A DNA stretch of 64,000 bases from a virus (IMGVR_UViG_3300001580_000011:34257-98256); one strand, 5' to 3'. Shown: positions 21,442-31,843, counted from the stretch's first letter. A program made the numbers and translations. Notes: generated by a model from the sequence alone, not told the origin.

Positions 21442-21784
21442 GGGTATAACGATATAAAAAGTAGCAACCAATCTATCACTACACAAAAACCCTATCATTT
21501 AATCCCCGACTGAACATATAGCATCTCAGCCCATTCTTATTCGATAATTCATATTACATCATTGTGTAAAGTGTCACCTTGGCACCCCTTTCATATCAAT
21601 ACTCTGCAGACTACTCCCGGTTTTATACTTTTTACACTGAAAACACTATACATCACCCCTTCTACAGTAACCAAAATATAAAATATTATATCACTGTCGG
21701 TATTCTTTACACATTAGTGTCGGTATTCTTTACACTCGATTAATTATTCTTGTAAGTTATTGATATTATGTAGAAAAATTAATT

Positions 21785-21814
21785 GTTTACATTTATGTAC
21801 ATAGGTGGTATAAT
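21785..21814 (+). promoter_or_regulatory. Early promoter
   Basis: GTTTACA-17-TATAAT. Confidence 0.75.
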
Positions 21815-22269
21815 AGTATTATAAACAATTGGAGATTAACAGATGAAAGATAAAAGGGAACGTAGGAAAGAGCTTTTTAAGATATCGGTTAAACCGGATA
21901 CCTCGTCTGATTATCCCGATGAAATGGAGATTGCTTATACTAAGAACGGTTTCCAGAAAACTATTTTTAGTTTGTTGCCCGAGGAAATGGAACAATTTAT
22001 TTTGGTTTTTCAGGACACTCTGAAAAAAATACAGAGATAAGAGGAAATATGGCCAGAGGACGTAAAATAGATGTTAACAGTGTTCGCCATCGGAAGTTTT
22101 GCAAGAGGCTTGAAAACGTTGACAGGTATATGAATGCTGTCACGCGTGGTATTGAACGTGGAAACAAGATGTATACAAATTCCTATGATGTAGCCCTGGC
22201 TGTTATAACGGAGCTTCGGATTGACGGATTCCAGATTATTCCCCACCCTACCAGGAAAGGTGACAAGTA

Positions 22270-22656
22270 ATGCCTAAGATGAAAGTGTATAACGATAAAA
22301 ACATCATTCGTTTAAAGGGTTTTGGTGAAACTAAATCCTGGGTTCGTAAGAACATCAAAAACAAGGGTGGCGTTGTAGACCCCGATACTTATGAATGGGT
22401 TATGCCTAATAAGGATCGTTATGTCGTGTATGCTGTGGGTGTTCGTTTAATTCCTGCCAGTGAAGTGGCTAAACGTAAGAAAGTTAAACCTGTAAACTAT
22501 GCCACCACTGATGATTTGGGTGATGTGAAAACCCCGGTGGAAAAGAAGGTTCGTGTTAAACGGGCTGTGAAAGACCCTGTTGTCAAGGTGTTAAAGCTTC
22601 GTATTGTTCGTAAACCCACTAACGGTAGCAAGATTATCAATTTGAGGATTAGGTAA
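22270..22656 (+). CDS. Basic hypothetical protein
   Basis: 128 aa, Lys/Arg/Val-rich. Confidence 0.65.
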   Translation: MPKMKVYNDKNIIRLKGFGETKSWVRKNIKNKGGVVDPDTYEWVMPNKDRYVVYAVGVRLIPASEVAKRKKVKPVNYATTDDLGDVKTPVEKKVRVKRAVKDPVVKVLKLRIVRKPTNGSKIINLRIR

Positions 22657-23551
22657 TATGGTTGTATACATTACTAAGCAATGGGAACCTTGTGAGTGTA
22701 AGGCTGCTTGTGATTATACTATTGATCTGGTATTCATGAAGGAAGCGGATGCTGAGAAGCGTGCCGAGGAACTGTATCAAGGTTTTTATACTGTGGAACA
22801 GGTGATTGAATAATGGAAATCTTACACTTCTGGTATGATTGTATGAAGGAAAAAGAAGGCCAATGGATGTTTATTGGCGGTGTAGTGTTCATGATCTGTA
22901 TTTTAATCATTATTGCCTTATAGGAGAATGTAACAATGGCTATGACCCGCAAAGACTATAACCGTATTGCCTATTACCTTGCCATGCAGGAACCTGAGTT
23001 GTTATCGGATAATAATGACATTAGCCAGGTTCGTATGCAGCATGAGGTATGTTGTTCAGCTGTTGCCCAGGCGTTAGTGGGGACAAATCCCCGGTTTCGT
23101 AAGGAATATTTTTTGGAAGCGTGTAAATTCAGTTATTGGGAAAACAGGAAACTTCCCCGATAGAGGAGCATTATGATTTTTCAATTGGAAAGAACATTAC
23201 GGAATGGCGCTACGGTTATTGCCTTTATGGGCGATATTGTCCTGGCACGATGGAACAAGGGAACCCATATGGAATATGTGACCTGGAGAATTGATAAGAA
23301 CGCAGATGCCTATTGTGGCCATTACTTTAAGGATTTGGATGAAGCTAAAGCGGATTTCAAAGAACGTATCTAATGAGCTGTAATTGTGGAAAGTGCAAGA
23401 AGATTAAAACCCTTACAGGCACTAGCGCTAAAGTTGTCAGTGACCGGATGCAATCTGTATCGCTGATATGTATGGATTAAAGATGGGTGATTTCGATTTT
23501 CATTCATGTTTGAATCATGGCCGTATTGAATAGTATGAGGGGGAACAAATA

Positions 23552-23767
23552 ATGAGTATGTATACAGATACGAATTTTAAGACCAAGAAGGCTTTGAAAG
23601 AGGCAGTGGCCACTGGAAAGAAAATCGGATATTACCAGCCGGGGCCTTTTGGTGGTAATGAACCTAAAGACGGAACGATTTTTTTGGAAGGGCCGTGGTA
23701 TCCTCAGCCCCATAACTGGTACGCTAAGGCTATAGTTAAAAACGGTATTATTGTGAAGGTTACTTAA
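23552..23767 (+). CDS. Conserved phage hypothetical protein
   Basis: NFKTKKALKEAV..GPWYPQPHNWYA. Confidence 0.7.
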   Translation: MSMYTDTNFKTKKALKEAVATGKKIGYYQPGPFGGNEPKDGTIFLEGPWYPQPHNWYAKAIVKNGIIVKVT

Positions 23768-23804
23768 TTTTTTAAAAAATTAAGTAACCTTTTATAAATA
23801 AATA

Positions 23805-24230
23805 TGTAGGAAAGAAATTTAAGCTTAGTACTACCAGAGCAGATGAGATACCAGTGGTATCGTTCTTTTGAGACATCGTAAAGCCAAGCGTCAGGAACAG
23901 TAAGGGTTTTATAACTACAACAAGGCAGTTTGTAATACTGCCTGGTATTGGACCGTAAAAAAATTACGATAGTAGGACCATAGTTGAAAACAGAAAGCAG
24001 GTGATTAAGCCAGCAATCCTGTCGTAAACAGCAGTTTGTAACACTGCTTGGTAATAGACCAAAAAGTTACGGTATAATTAGTCGAAAGCAGAAAGCAGGT
24101 GATTAAGCCAGCAATCCTGTAATAGACAAGGGTACAGCGACTATACCCCGTGAACCTTTGGTAGCAGTTAGACGATAATTAACTTCGTAATCCTGTGAAA
24201 AAAGACGAACGAAAATAGGACTATTTTCGT
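23805..24230 (+). ncRNA. Putative structured ncRNA with a tandemly duplicated ~98-nt domain
   Basis: No credible ORF; follows TATAAATA at 23793; identical 32-mer at 23991 and 24089; covarying hairpins. Confidence 0.55.
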
Positions 24231-24548
24231 GCAATATAAACAAGGTGTATATATGAAGCAAGCTACCTGGGTTAAATGTAATGGAGAGGCACATGGCAAT
24301 CCGTATATCGACCATTGTATGATATGCATACCCTATTGGGGCGAATATCCGATTTGTCCGTATTGCAATTCTACGCACCTAGGTAATGGTGTCACTAGAA
24401 CCAAGTGCAAGAAATGTGGTAAAATGGTAAGTATGAAACGGGATATCGTCCCTATATAGCGTCAAAATTTTGACGCTATTGGTATTTCGAGGTCATAACC
24501 GTATATGAAAAATCTTGCAACTATTTGATTATATTGAGAAACATTTTT

Positions 24549-24578
24549 GTTTACATTCCCTGCCGGATATGATATACT
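24549..24578 (+). promoter_or_regulatory. Early promoter
   Basis: GTTTACA-17-TATACT. Confidence 0.7.
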
Positions 24579-24968
24579 ATAGGTATAGACAATCGGAAAG
24601 GAAAAAGATTGAGAGTACAGGCCCCCCGTTATAGAGTAATCACGAATTTGGTTGAAATCGCTCAGATTCTTGCCTCAACCCGTAGGATTATTGAAAATAG
24701 TAATGGTGACTTGAACGCAATGGCTATTGTATCCAATCTTGGAATGATTGCCGAGGATTTGACTGATTTAGGTCAGACCATTGCCGCCAATCACGTTGCT
24801 ACCGCCGGAAAGATTCTTTTTTCATATCCCATGTATCGTAACAATCATATCGTTGACCGTGAAACCCTGATTCAGATTATGGGTAACATTTCCAGCGCCA
24901 TCATTTTTATCACCGATCATCGTTTTTATCACCGATAACCCTACCCGATAACATATAGGAGATTTAAT

Positions 24969-25370
24969 ATGTTTGGAAAGAAAAATACTACCGACGGTTT
25001 AACTTACAATTTTAATACCAACGGCAAGCTTGAGATTCAGCTCAAGACTAAAAACCGTATGGGTGACAAGACCAAAACCAAGTGGATGCCTGCCACGCCT
25101 AACGTGTTCCGGTCTTTCCATGGCAAGCGTAGGGTAAACGGTGTAAACTTCAAGGGGCAGGTGTTCTGCTTTATGACCAACGCCAAGTACGGTATTGACG
25201 CCTTTATGGACGGCTATAAAACAGCCCCTGTAAAGTCCCGTATACCCGAAAAGAAGCCCCTTTCCATCCAGATTGTGAAGAAGGGAAATTCCAATGGTTA
25301 TACCATGGCTGCCATTACCGATTTTTCTACCGGTAAAACTACAGTGAAGTTTCGCCCTTTTGGGAAGTAA
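24969..25370 (+). CDS. Hypothetical protein
   Basis: 133 aa, SD AGGAG. Confidence 0.65.
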   Translation: MFGKKNTTDGLTYNFNTNGKLEIQLKTKNRMGDKTKTKWMPATPNVFRSFHGKRRVNGVNFKGQVFCFMTNAKYGIDAFMDGYKTAPVKSRIPEKKPLSIQIVKKGNSNGYTMAAITDFSTGKTTVKFRPFGK

Positions 25371-25516
25371 CAGCTCCCTTATATAACATATGTTGTATGT
25401 GTGGACATATCAGATTATTATATAGCCACCATATGACAATCCTCGGAGAGCTGTGTGATTATTGTGTAATAGAGTTGGAAACAAAAAAATTATAACAACA
25501 AAAGGAGATTTACCAG

Positions 25517-25738
25517 ATGAAGAAGACAGCAAAGCCCGCAACAGACACCAAGGCCCCCGCCAAGGCAACCGCAAAGAAGCCTGAGGCGCCCAAGACCGTT
25601 ACCGGCACCCTCAAGTATAACAAGGACACCAAGCGCTTCCACGCATACGATATCAAGGGTGGAACCTTCAATGGTGCCGTGTATTTCGAGAAGGATGGCG
25701 ATATCCCTAAGACCATTACCCTGACCATCGTTTCGTAA
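25517..25738 (+). CDS. Small basic protein with a histone H1-like K/A/P-rich N-terminus
   Basis: MKKTAKPATDTKAPAKATAKKP; strong SD; codon usage rich in C/G-ending codons. Confidence 0.7.
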   Translation: MKKTAKPATDTKAPAKATAKKPEAPKTVTGTLKYNKDTKRFHAYDIKGGTFNGAVYFEKDGDIPKTITLTIVS

Positions 25739-25985
25739 TACGAAACCTATATGATACCCTATGCAAGATCGGCGGTGTCTTTTGATGCCTAACCGGGGCT
25801 GTACAGGGTATCATATAAATATAATTATACTGTATCGGAAGGGGGTGATTATCTTCTACACTGAATAACAGTTAGACCATATTTAGATTGTATTAGAATG
25901 AATTAAAATGACTATCGAAGGACTAAAGAAACCAATGAAGTAAGACTGTTACACTATTAACTTAAATTGATATTAGGGTTATTAT

Positions 25986-26035
25986 AAACCCCTATCCCAC
26001 AGGTCTTCGGATGTCTGGCAGATAGGGGTTTTTTT
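25986..26035 (+). terminator. Intrinsic terminator
   Basis: AACCCTATC...GATAGGGGTT followed by a T run. Confidence 0.6.
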
Positions 26036-26243
26036 ATGCCCATCAATTCAATCGAAAAATTTATAACTAGGAAATTCCCATATAAGGGGTATTATGTCCC
26101 CAATATGTCCCCTTACACTATAGTGTCACCTTACAAAACCTTACATAGTGTCACCTTACAAAACCTTACACTACAGTATATAGCAAGGTGAAAAAAGGTG
26201 AAAAAAGGTGAATTTAAGATATAAATATATGTAACTATTATGT

Positions 26244-26678
26244 TTGGAGGGTGACAAGGTGAGTAAATTGAATAGAGATAAGGTGTTTTATGAAGCAAAG
26301 ATCGAGAATGTCCCTGTTGATGTTCTAGCAAAGAAATATTCAGTAACTCGTAAGTCAATATATCAAATCCTACAAGGCTTTGATAAGGATGATAAGGTAA
26401 GGATATTAAAGGTTGAGATTGAAAGATTAAAGGCTATGAATGAAAAACTCAATGTACATTCTTTATTGAGAACTGAAATTGAGAAGCTAAAAAGGGTGAT
26501 AGACGATATATGGGTGAATAAAGGTGAAAAAAGGTTACAACCCGATACCAAACCCAATAGAAATGGGGATAGAGAGGGTGACACTGATGTACCCTCAATC
26601 AAGGATATATTTGCAAATAGAAACGGTAATGGTATCAAGAGGGCCACTGATGAAGATTGTGGTGGTATATTCGAATAA
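26244..26678 (+). CDS. HTH plus coiled-coil DNA-binding protein
   Basis: VDVLAKKYSVTRKSIYQIL HTH; TATAAATA at 26220. Confidence 0.65.
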   Translation: MEGDKVSKLNRDKVFYEAKIENVPVDVLAKKYSVTRKSIYQILQGFDKDDKVRILKVEIERLKAMNEKLNVHSLLRTEIEKLKRVIDDIWVNKGEKRLQPDTKPNRNGDREGDTDVPSIKDIFANRNGNGIKRATDEDCGGIFE

Positions 26679-26964
26679 TGAAAGAAACCACCACCTTTCA
26701 ATACTCCAAAGAATGTATACCGGTATATGTACTATATGATATAATACCCTGTATATACAGGTACTTAAGTACTATGTACATCCGATGTAACATATGGTAT
26801 AATGAATGTATAAAATAAGGTTAACCTACATATAATGTAGGCCTATGGGTCTACATTATTTGGAAATAATAATTAATTATAAATTAATTATTACATTATT
26901 TGGAAATACCCTAAAAACGGGTTAACCCTTATGAAAACAGGTGCTGAAATTGCAGGAATTAGCT

Positions 26965-27180
26965 TAGATATGCACTTGCTTATTCAATTACAGGGAGTTA
27001 TCAGCTTATAATTGCAACTATGCACTTGCTTATTCAATTACAGGGAGTTATCAGCTTATAATTGCAACGTTGCACTATTACAGGTAGATATGCACTTGCT
27101 TATTCAATTACAGGTAGATATGCACTTGCTTATTCAATAGTTATCAGCTTATTTAATTACAACGTTGCACTATTACAGGT
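26965..27180. repeat. Modular direct-repeat array in 10-bp register (iteron-like)
   Basis: Exact 50-bp tandem unit at 26969 and 27019; TATGCACTTGCTTATTCAAT occurs four times. Confidence 0.9.
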
Positions 27181-27425
27181 GGTTATAAAAAAATTGCTGG
27201 GCCGGGAAAATATATTATAGGGGAGATTAATATGTCTGTAAGAACAAAAAACCGTATTATAGGATGGTGTTTGATCGGTATTCCAATCCTGATCGTAACA
27301 ATTCTTCTAATGATTGAATTTGGATCTGTACCGGTATTACAATTCATAGCTGGATTTGGTGCTATCGTAATAGGTATTACGATGGTTGCTGTAGGTATAT
27401 TATATATATCGGGAGAGTATGATAA

Positions 27426-27758
27426 ATGAAAAGAGTGTTATCTGTAATCGTGGTAACGTGTTTCCTGTTTACGATGGTAGGGTGCGGGTCGAACAAAAAT
27501 ATTCCCATTAAAGACAAGGAAGGAAAGTATCGGACTTATACGTTTCAGCAGGTTGGGCTGTTCAATCAGGAAAAGAAAAACCCCCAAGTCGAATATAGTG
27601 TGATCGTTGGTAACGTGATTTGGGCAGTTATTCTCTGTGAGACTGTTATTGCACCTGTTGTTATTTTCGGTTGGTATCTGTATGAACCGATTGGTACATC
27701 TGTTGAAGGTGTGCCTGGTGCTGTGGAGCCTCCACAGCATGCTGTGGAGGATAGATAA
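27426..27758 (+). CDS. Lipoprotein/membrane protein
   Basis: MVGC lipobox; GNVIWAVILCET...GWYLYEP. Confidence 0.7.
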   Translation: MKRVLSVIVVTCFLFTMVGCGSNKNIPIKDKEGKYRTYTFQQVGLFNQEKKNPQVEYSVIVGNVIWAVILCETVIAPVVIFGWYLYEPIGTSVEGVPGAVEPPQHAVEDR

Positions 27759-28138
27759 TGTTGGAATGGTTGTTGATAGCTATTGTAATATTGGTTATAC
27801 TGATATTATATTTGGATAATCGGATAAACAAATGAAAAGATATTTTATTCCCGATAAACACGGTGTACCGTGGACGGATGCTTTTCGTGAGGATATGGAT
27901 CGACAGGGATGGAAGGCGGAGATTATAAGTGAGTATCATTTCGATACTTTCGATATATATCGTACGGAAGAAAGTAAAAAAAAGTATAAGACGATTGGAG
28001 TGTTAATAAAAAATGTGGTAAAATAATTGTAGAGGAAATTCGAATAATAGACGATAATAGAGAAATGAAAAGAGAATTATATATAAAGCTTGTTTCTTGT
28101 AGTGTATTTATTGTGCTTGGTTTCTTTGATCGTAAACA

Positions 28139-28570
28139 ATGAGTTGTTTGAAAAATAAAAAATTGCCGGCGGCGGGAAATTTTGAAAATGGGGAGTTTAC
28201 GCTTTTTATGAAAAAGAATTTGAAAATAGCATGGATATCGAAATCTGTCGATAGTGTAGTGTTTCGGATTATTGAACAATCTCACCGGAACGATGATTTT
28301 TCAAATCTGTTGGAAACGGAGCCGAATGAATATCTTTGCCCGGATACGAAGTTAAGGATTATTTCCTGTAGTATGCCTGAGTGGGATACGATTGGAAAAA
28401 TCCTTTTTGTTCGAGGTTCAGATAGACGACATGACAATGATGAAATGTTGGTTTCTGTAAAAGAATTCGAAAAAATTGAAAAAGCGGTGGAGAATTACAA
28501 TCGAGAACATAATGGGTTTGAACCGTTAAAAATAGATTGTTTACAGGACGATCTTTTTATAATAGAATAA
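28139..28570 (+). CDS. EQSHR-family protein with tag A (true start probably the ATG at 28208)
   Basis: IIEQSHR..PEW..LFVRG..AVENYN; ends LQDDLFIIE. Confidence 0.75.
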   Translation: MSCLKNKKLPAAGNFENGEFTLFMKKNLKIAWISKSVDSVVFRIIEQSHRNDDFSNLLETEPNEYLCPDTKLRIISCSMPEWDTIGKILFVRGSDRRHDNDEMLVSVKEFEKIEKAVENYNREHNGFEPLKIDCLQDDLFIIE

Positions 28571-28576
28571 AAGAGA

Positions 28577-28891
28577 ATGGTTTCGTCTTTCGGGGCTATC
28601 TCTGTTGGTGCGAAAAAGACGACAATAGGTGGTTTTCTCGTGGAAAAAAAGACATATATAGTGAAATATATAGGAAATCGTATGGGCGATATAATGACTT
28701 CGAAATGGACCGGTAGTCTTTTTCTGGTGACGGACGGGGGAGCTTCATGGAATATTGTAGACGTTCTCCATTATGAAAACCCGTTCGAACTGGACCGCCA
28801 GGGGGACAACTCGTTTTTTAAATTCAATGCAGAAGTCGTTCAAGGTTATACGATGGTTGAATTGGAAGACGATTTATTTAAATTGGAATAA
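28577..28891 (+). CDS. Hypothetical protein with tag A
   Basis: Ends LEDDLFKLE. Confidence 0.7.
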   Translation: MVSSFGAISVGAKKTTIGGFLVEKKTYIVKYIGNRMGDIMTSKWTGSLFLVTDGGASWNIVDVLHYENPFELDRQGDNSFFKFNAEVVQGYTMVELEDDLFKLE

Positions 28892-28987
28892 TATATGGAA
28901 ACGTTTATTTTTTTATTTTTATCGGCAGCGGCAATTATAACCGTTATTATCTGTATGTTTTTTGACGAATAGAAGGGAACGGATATT

Positions 28988-29197
28988 ATGGTAAGAATAT
29001 GTGAAAGAGTGAATAGTTGTCGCGTGGGCGATAATTGTCCAATTGGTGCTGGGTCTCGACATGAATGTGCCGGAACTCCGTTTTTTTGTGATGTAATATA
29101 TGCACGAGTATCCTGTATTATCGCTCCCGATAAATTAAAAAAAGAACCTATATTCGGTAACGATGAATATCTTAAACGAATGGGAATAGTAGAATAA
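28988..29197 (+). CDS. Cys-rich small protein with tag B
   Basis: Six Cys; ends GNDEYLKRMGIVE. Confidence 0.7.
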   Translation: MVRICERVNSCRVGDNCPIGAGSRHECAGTPFFCDVIYARVSCIIAPDKLKKEPIFGNDEYLKRMGIVE

Positions 29198-29199
29198 TC

Positions 29200-29481
29200 A
29201 TGACGAAAAAGTTTATTATAAGATACAAATATAGTCCTACCGATTTAATTTTTATTTGTACGAAGCAAATCAGAACGGAAATGGACCTTTATCGTAAAAA
29301 AACAGTGGAGATTTGGAAATATTGTGTTGAAAGGGAAATAACTCCCGGCTATGAAGGCAGTACGCGATATAGCAATGTAGAATTTAGATTGAACGATACA
29401 TTATGTACCGTCGAACCCTATAAAAAAAATGCAATTGACGATTTCTATCAAGACGATTATTTGAGAAGGATCGGTCTATGA
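29200..29481 (+). CDS. Hypothetical protein with tag B; paralog of 29478
   Basis: IFIC.K..EITP; ends QDDYLRRIGL. Confidence 0.7.
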   Translation: MTKKFIIRYKYSPTDLIFICTKQIRTEMDLYRKKTVEIWKYCVEREITPGYEGSTRYSNVEFRLNDTLCTVEPYKKNAIDDFYQDDYLRRIGL

Positions 29482-29735
29482 AATATCTTGTAATTTATAA
29501 CTGGAAAATCCATAACGATAGAAAATCTCTTTTCATTTGTGTTAAAAAAAATAATTGTTTTATTATCGAAGACGATATAACGCCGGATGGAAATAATTAT
29601 TATGGTGGACAGGGAAATCGTTTTGTCGGCCATAAAATTAATGATTTTTCAGAGTATATTGTAGCAGTAGAGAAATATAATGAAATTAAATGGGAACTGG
29701 ATGAAGATAATTATTTGAGAAGGATTGGCTTATAA
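29478..29735 (+). CDS. Hypothetical protein with tag B
   Basis: LFICVK..DITP; ends EDNYLRRIGL. Confidence 0.7.
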   Translation: MKYLVIYNWKIHNDRKSLFICVKKNNCFIIEDDITPDGNNYYGGQGNRFVGHKINDFSEYIVAVEKYNEIKWELDEDNYLRRIGL

Positions 29736-30064
29736 TGAGAGAATATATTGAAATAGAAGTTATTGAGATAACCAAAAAAACTGCACTTGTCCGTATAAAA
29801 AAACAGTCACGTAGAAATTTTGTTTGGGAATCGAAAAGACATCCTGGATGTAGACTTCAAGCAGATTTTTTTCCAGATATTCATATTATAAATGAGAGAA
29901 AAAAATTATTTGTTTTTTATTTAAGAGGCCGTACCGTCAGGCGCGATAATACCGATATTTGGATGCCTCGATGGGCATATAATATTTTAATAGATATGAT
30001 AATGGAGTATAACTGTATTTCAGAAGAAATTTTTTTATTGGATGAAAAATTATTTAAAATATGA
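29735..30064 (+). CDS. EQSHR-family protein with tag A
   Basis: IKKQSRR..FYLRG..MEYN; ends LDEKLFKI. Confidence 0.7.
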   Translation: MREYIEIEVIEITKKTALVRIKKQSRRNFVWESKRHPGCRLQADFFPDIHIINERKKLFVFYLRGRTVRRDNTDIWMPRWAYNILIDMIMEYNCISEEIFLLDEKLFKI

Positions 30065-30117
30065 AAATCGACTGAGCGGGTATTTTTGAATAATGTTTTA
30101 AAAGGTGGATAAAAAGA

Positions 30118-30483
30118 ATGCAAGTGAATAAGAAAACATATTTGTATATTTGTGAGGAAACAGAGTGTTCTCTTCATAAGACATGTGGATACGGTATACC
30201 TCATGTTTGTAAGAGGTCACACGTTTGTCATTATTGTTATTCTTTAAGAAAAGAAGTTAATTGTATTCCTTCTTCACAAAAGATAACTTATGTGAGGTGT
30301 GTGGAAGCTAGATCATGTAATAGGTCAAGAGGTCGTTGTAGATTAGCGGTTCCCGATTTTCGAAGGACGCATTATCAAACCTGTCCTTATGATAATAATA
30401 TAAAAATTTCATTTGAGGAATACGATACCGATTTATTGGAAAGAAATTCCGACAATGAATATTTAAAAAGAATGGGATATTGA
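30118..30483 (+). CDS. Cys/His-rich protein with two repeats and tag B
   Basis: Ends DNEYLKRMGY. Confidence 0.7.
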   Translation: MQVNKKTYLYICEETECSLHKTCGYGIPHVCKRSHVCHYCYSLRKEVNCIPSSQKITYVRCVEARSCNRSRGRCRLAVPDFRRTHYQTCPYDNNIKISFEEYDTDLLERNSDNEYLKRMGY

Positions 30484-30484
30484 T

Positions 30485-30826
30485 ATGACAGAAAGAAAAT
30501 ACATAAAATTGGATATTATTTTACGGACATATTTCGAGGTAAAATTTAAGATATCGGAACAATCACATCGAGGTCCTGTCTTTGTCGATCCGCTGCAAAA
30601 AAATTTTAAAGCATCTAATGGTATAATATTGATATCGGATGATATGCCAGAATGGAGGGCGTGGCCGAAAATCTTTTTTGTAAGAGGGAAGCAAAAAAAC
30701 GGTGATAATAATGTTTTGTCCTGTTCTATAAACGATTATACTCATATAAATGAGGCTATAGAGGAGTATAATAAGTCGTTTGCCACTTTTAATATTATTT
30801 TTAATGAGGATTTGTTCACAATATGA
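30485..30826 (+). CDS. EQSHR-family protein with tag A
   Basis: ISEQSHRG..ASNG..PEW..FFVRG..AIEEYN; ends NEDLFTI. Confidence 0.75.
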   Translation: MTERKYIKLDIILRTYFEVKFKISEQSHRGPVFVDPLQKNFKASNGIILISDDMPEWRAWPKIFFVRGKQKNGDNNVLSCSINDYTHINEAIEEYNKSFATFNIIFNEDLFTI

Positions 30827-31038
30827 GAACAAATATAAGAAAAGAGGCGGTTCAATGTGAGTTTGCAAATGTCTGTACGCATTCATGCATACATGGAGCA
30901 AAGTGGCCTCATGCCAAATCTACATCGTGTTTGGGGTTTACTTGTGATGTTATACATCAAAAAGTATGTTGTGTTTTTGTGAAAGTCGATAGTGTGAGTG
31001 CAGTTGATGAATACCTCAAAAGGCTTGGCCAAGATTGA
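30823..31038 (+). CDS. Cys/His-rich protein with tag B
   Basis: Ends VDEYLKRLGQD. Confidence 0.7.
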   Translation: MRTNIRKEAVQCEFANVCTHSCIHGAKWPHAKSTSCLGFTCDVIHQKVCCVFVKVDSVSAVDEYLKRLGQD

Positions 31039-31049
31039 TTTACAGTCTA

Positions 31050-31078
31050 TTTACAAATATGTGAAAAGGTGTTATAAT
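31050..31078 (+). promoter_or_regulatory. Early promoter
   Basis: TTTACA-17-TATAAT. Confidence 0.65.
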
Positions 31079-31843
31079 ATGATTATGAGATTATACAGAT
31101 GTACAAAATTTACAAAAGATTGTTATCCTTGTGATCATAGGTATCGACATTCCTATAATTCAGGTACTTGCTCGACAACCTGCCAACACGATAAGGAAGC
31201 AAAATGTGAGTTGTGTGAGGGTGATATGTATATAAATGAAAAGCGTGACATGGCTCTTGCTGAGGCAAGAGAAGAGAAGTATCTTGATCGTATGGGTAAA
31301 TCTATCGAAGATATTACTCAAATATTAAGAGAACAGGATACGTCAACATGGGAGGGGTTTGGTGCCCTTTTACATTGGGCAAGAGAACAGGATTGGTGGA
31401 ACGATTTTCTTGAAGAAAATGGTATGGTTATTCAGAAAGTTGTTGACGGTGATACCGAACCTGCTATTTTTGAGTATTTCCCCGTAACTCTTATGGACCC
31501 GGATGAATTTGCTGATGCTATTTCGGCCTATCTGGACGAGTTAAATGAGCAGAAAGAAAAGGACCCGACAGACGATAATGATGAAAGTGGAGGGGAGAGT
31601 ACAGAAGTTACTGAACCGCCTGAATCTAATATTTTTTTAGGTTCATGTAGTGGAAAAGTATGGTCAAATTGCATAAAAGAAAAGTGTGATCATTATTTGG
31701 ATCACGATATTACAAATTGTAAGTCATTTTATTGTCATAATATAAAAAGAAGTGTGTGGTGTGTTACTGTAAAAAAAACTATAACGGAATCTCAACGGAT
31801 TGGTGGTCATGCAAAAGATGTCTGGAGTACAAGTAATTTGTAA
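31079..31843 (+). CDS. Multidomain protein with two Cys/His-rich domains and an internal tag-B-like segment
   Basis: EEKYLDRMG after the first Cys domain; acidic linker; start placed after the promoter. Confidence 0.65.
   Translation: MIMRLYRCTKFTKDCYPCDHRYRHSYNSGTCSTTCQHDKEAKCELCEGDMYINEKRDMALAEAREEKYLDRMGKSIEDITQILREQDTSTWEGFGALLHWAREQDWWNDFLEENGMVIQKVVDGDTEPAIFEYFPVTLMDPDEFADAISAYLDELNEQKEKDPTDDNDESGGESTEVTEPPESNIFLGSCSGKVWSNCIKEKCDHYLDHDITNCKSFYCHNIKRSVWCVTVKKTITESQRIGGHAKDVWSTSNL

Noticed and set aside
23836-23868. Hammerhead ribozyme (CAGATGA-stem-GTTC)
   Set aside because: The core deviates from the required CUGANGA...GAAA
23991-24120. Mini-CRISPR formed by two 32-nt repeats
   Set aside because: The 66-nt interval is homologous to the sequence before the first repeat, so this is a domain duplication
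25814-25821. Isolated TATAAATA as a late promoter
   Set aside because: The octamer is expected by chance in AT-rich DNA and no clear gene follows it here
26965-27180. CRISPR array
   Set aside because: The intervening sequences are themselves repeated, there are no unique spacers, and no cas genes are in the window
30998-31078. N-terminal extensions given by the ORF track (also at 17665, 36051, 37605 and 43380)
   Set aside because: They overlap promoters or upstream genes; downstream starts with SD sequences or coupling fit better
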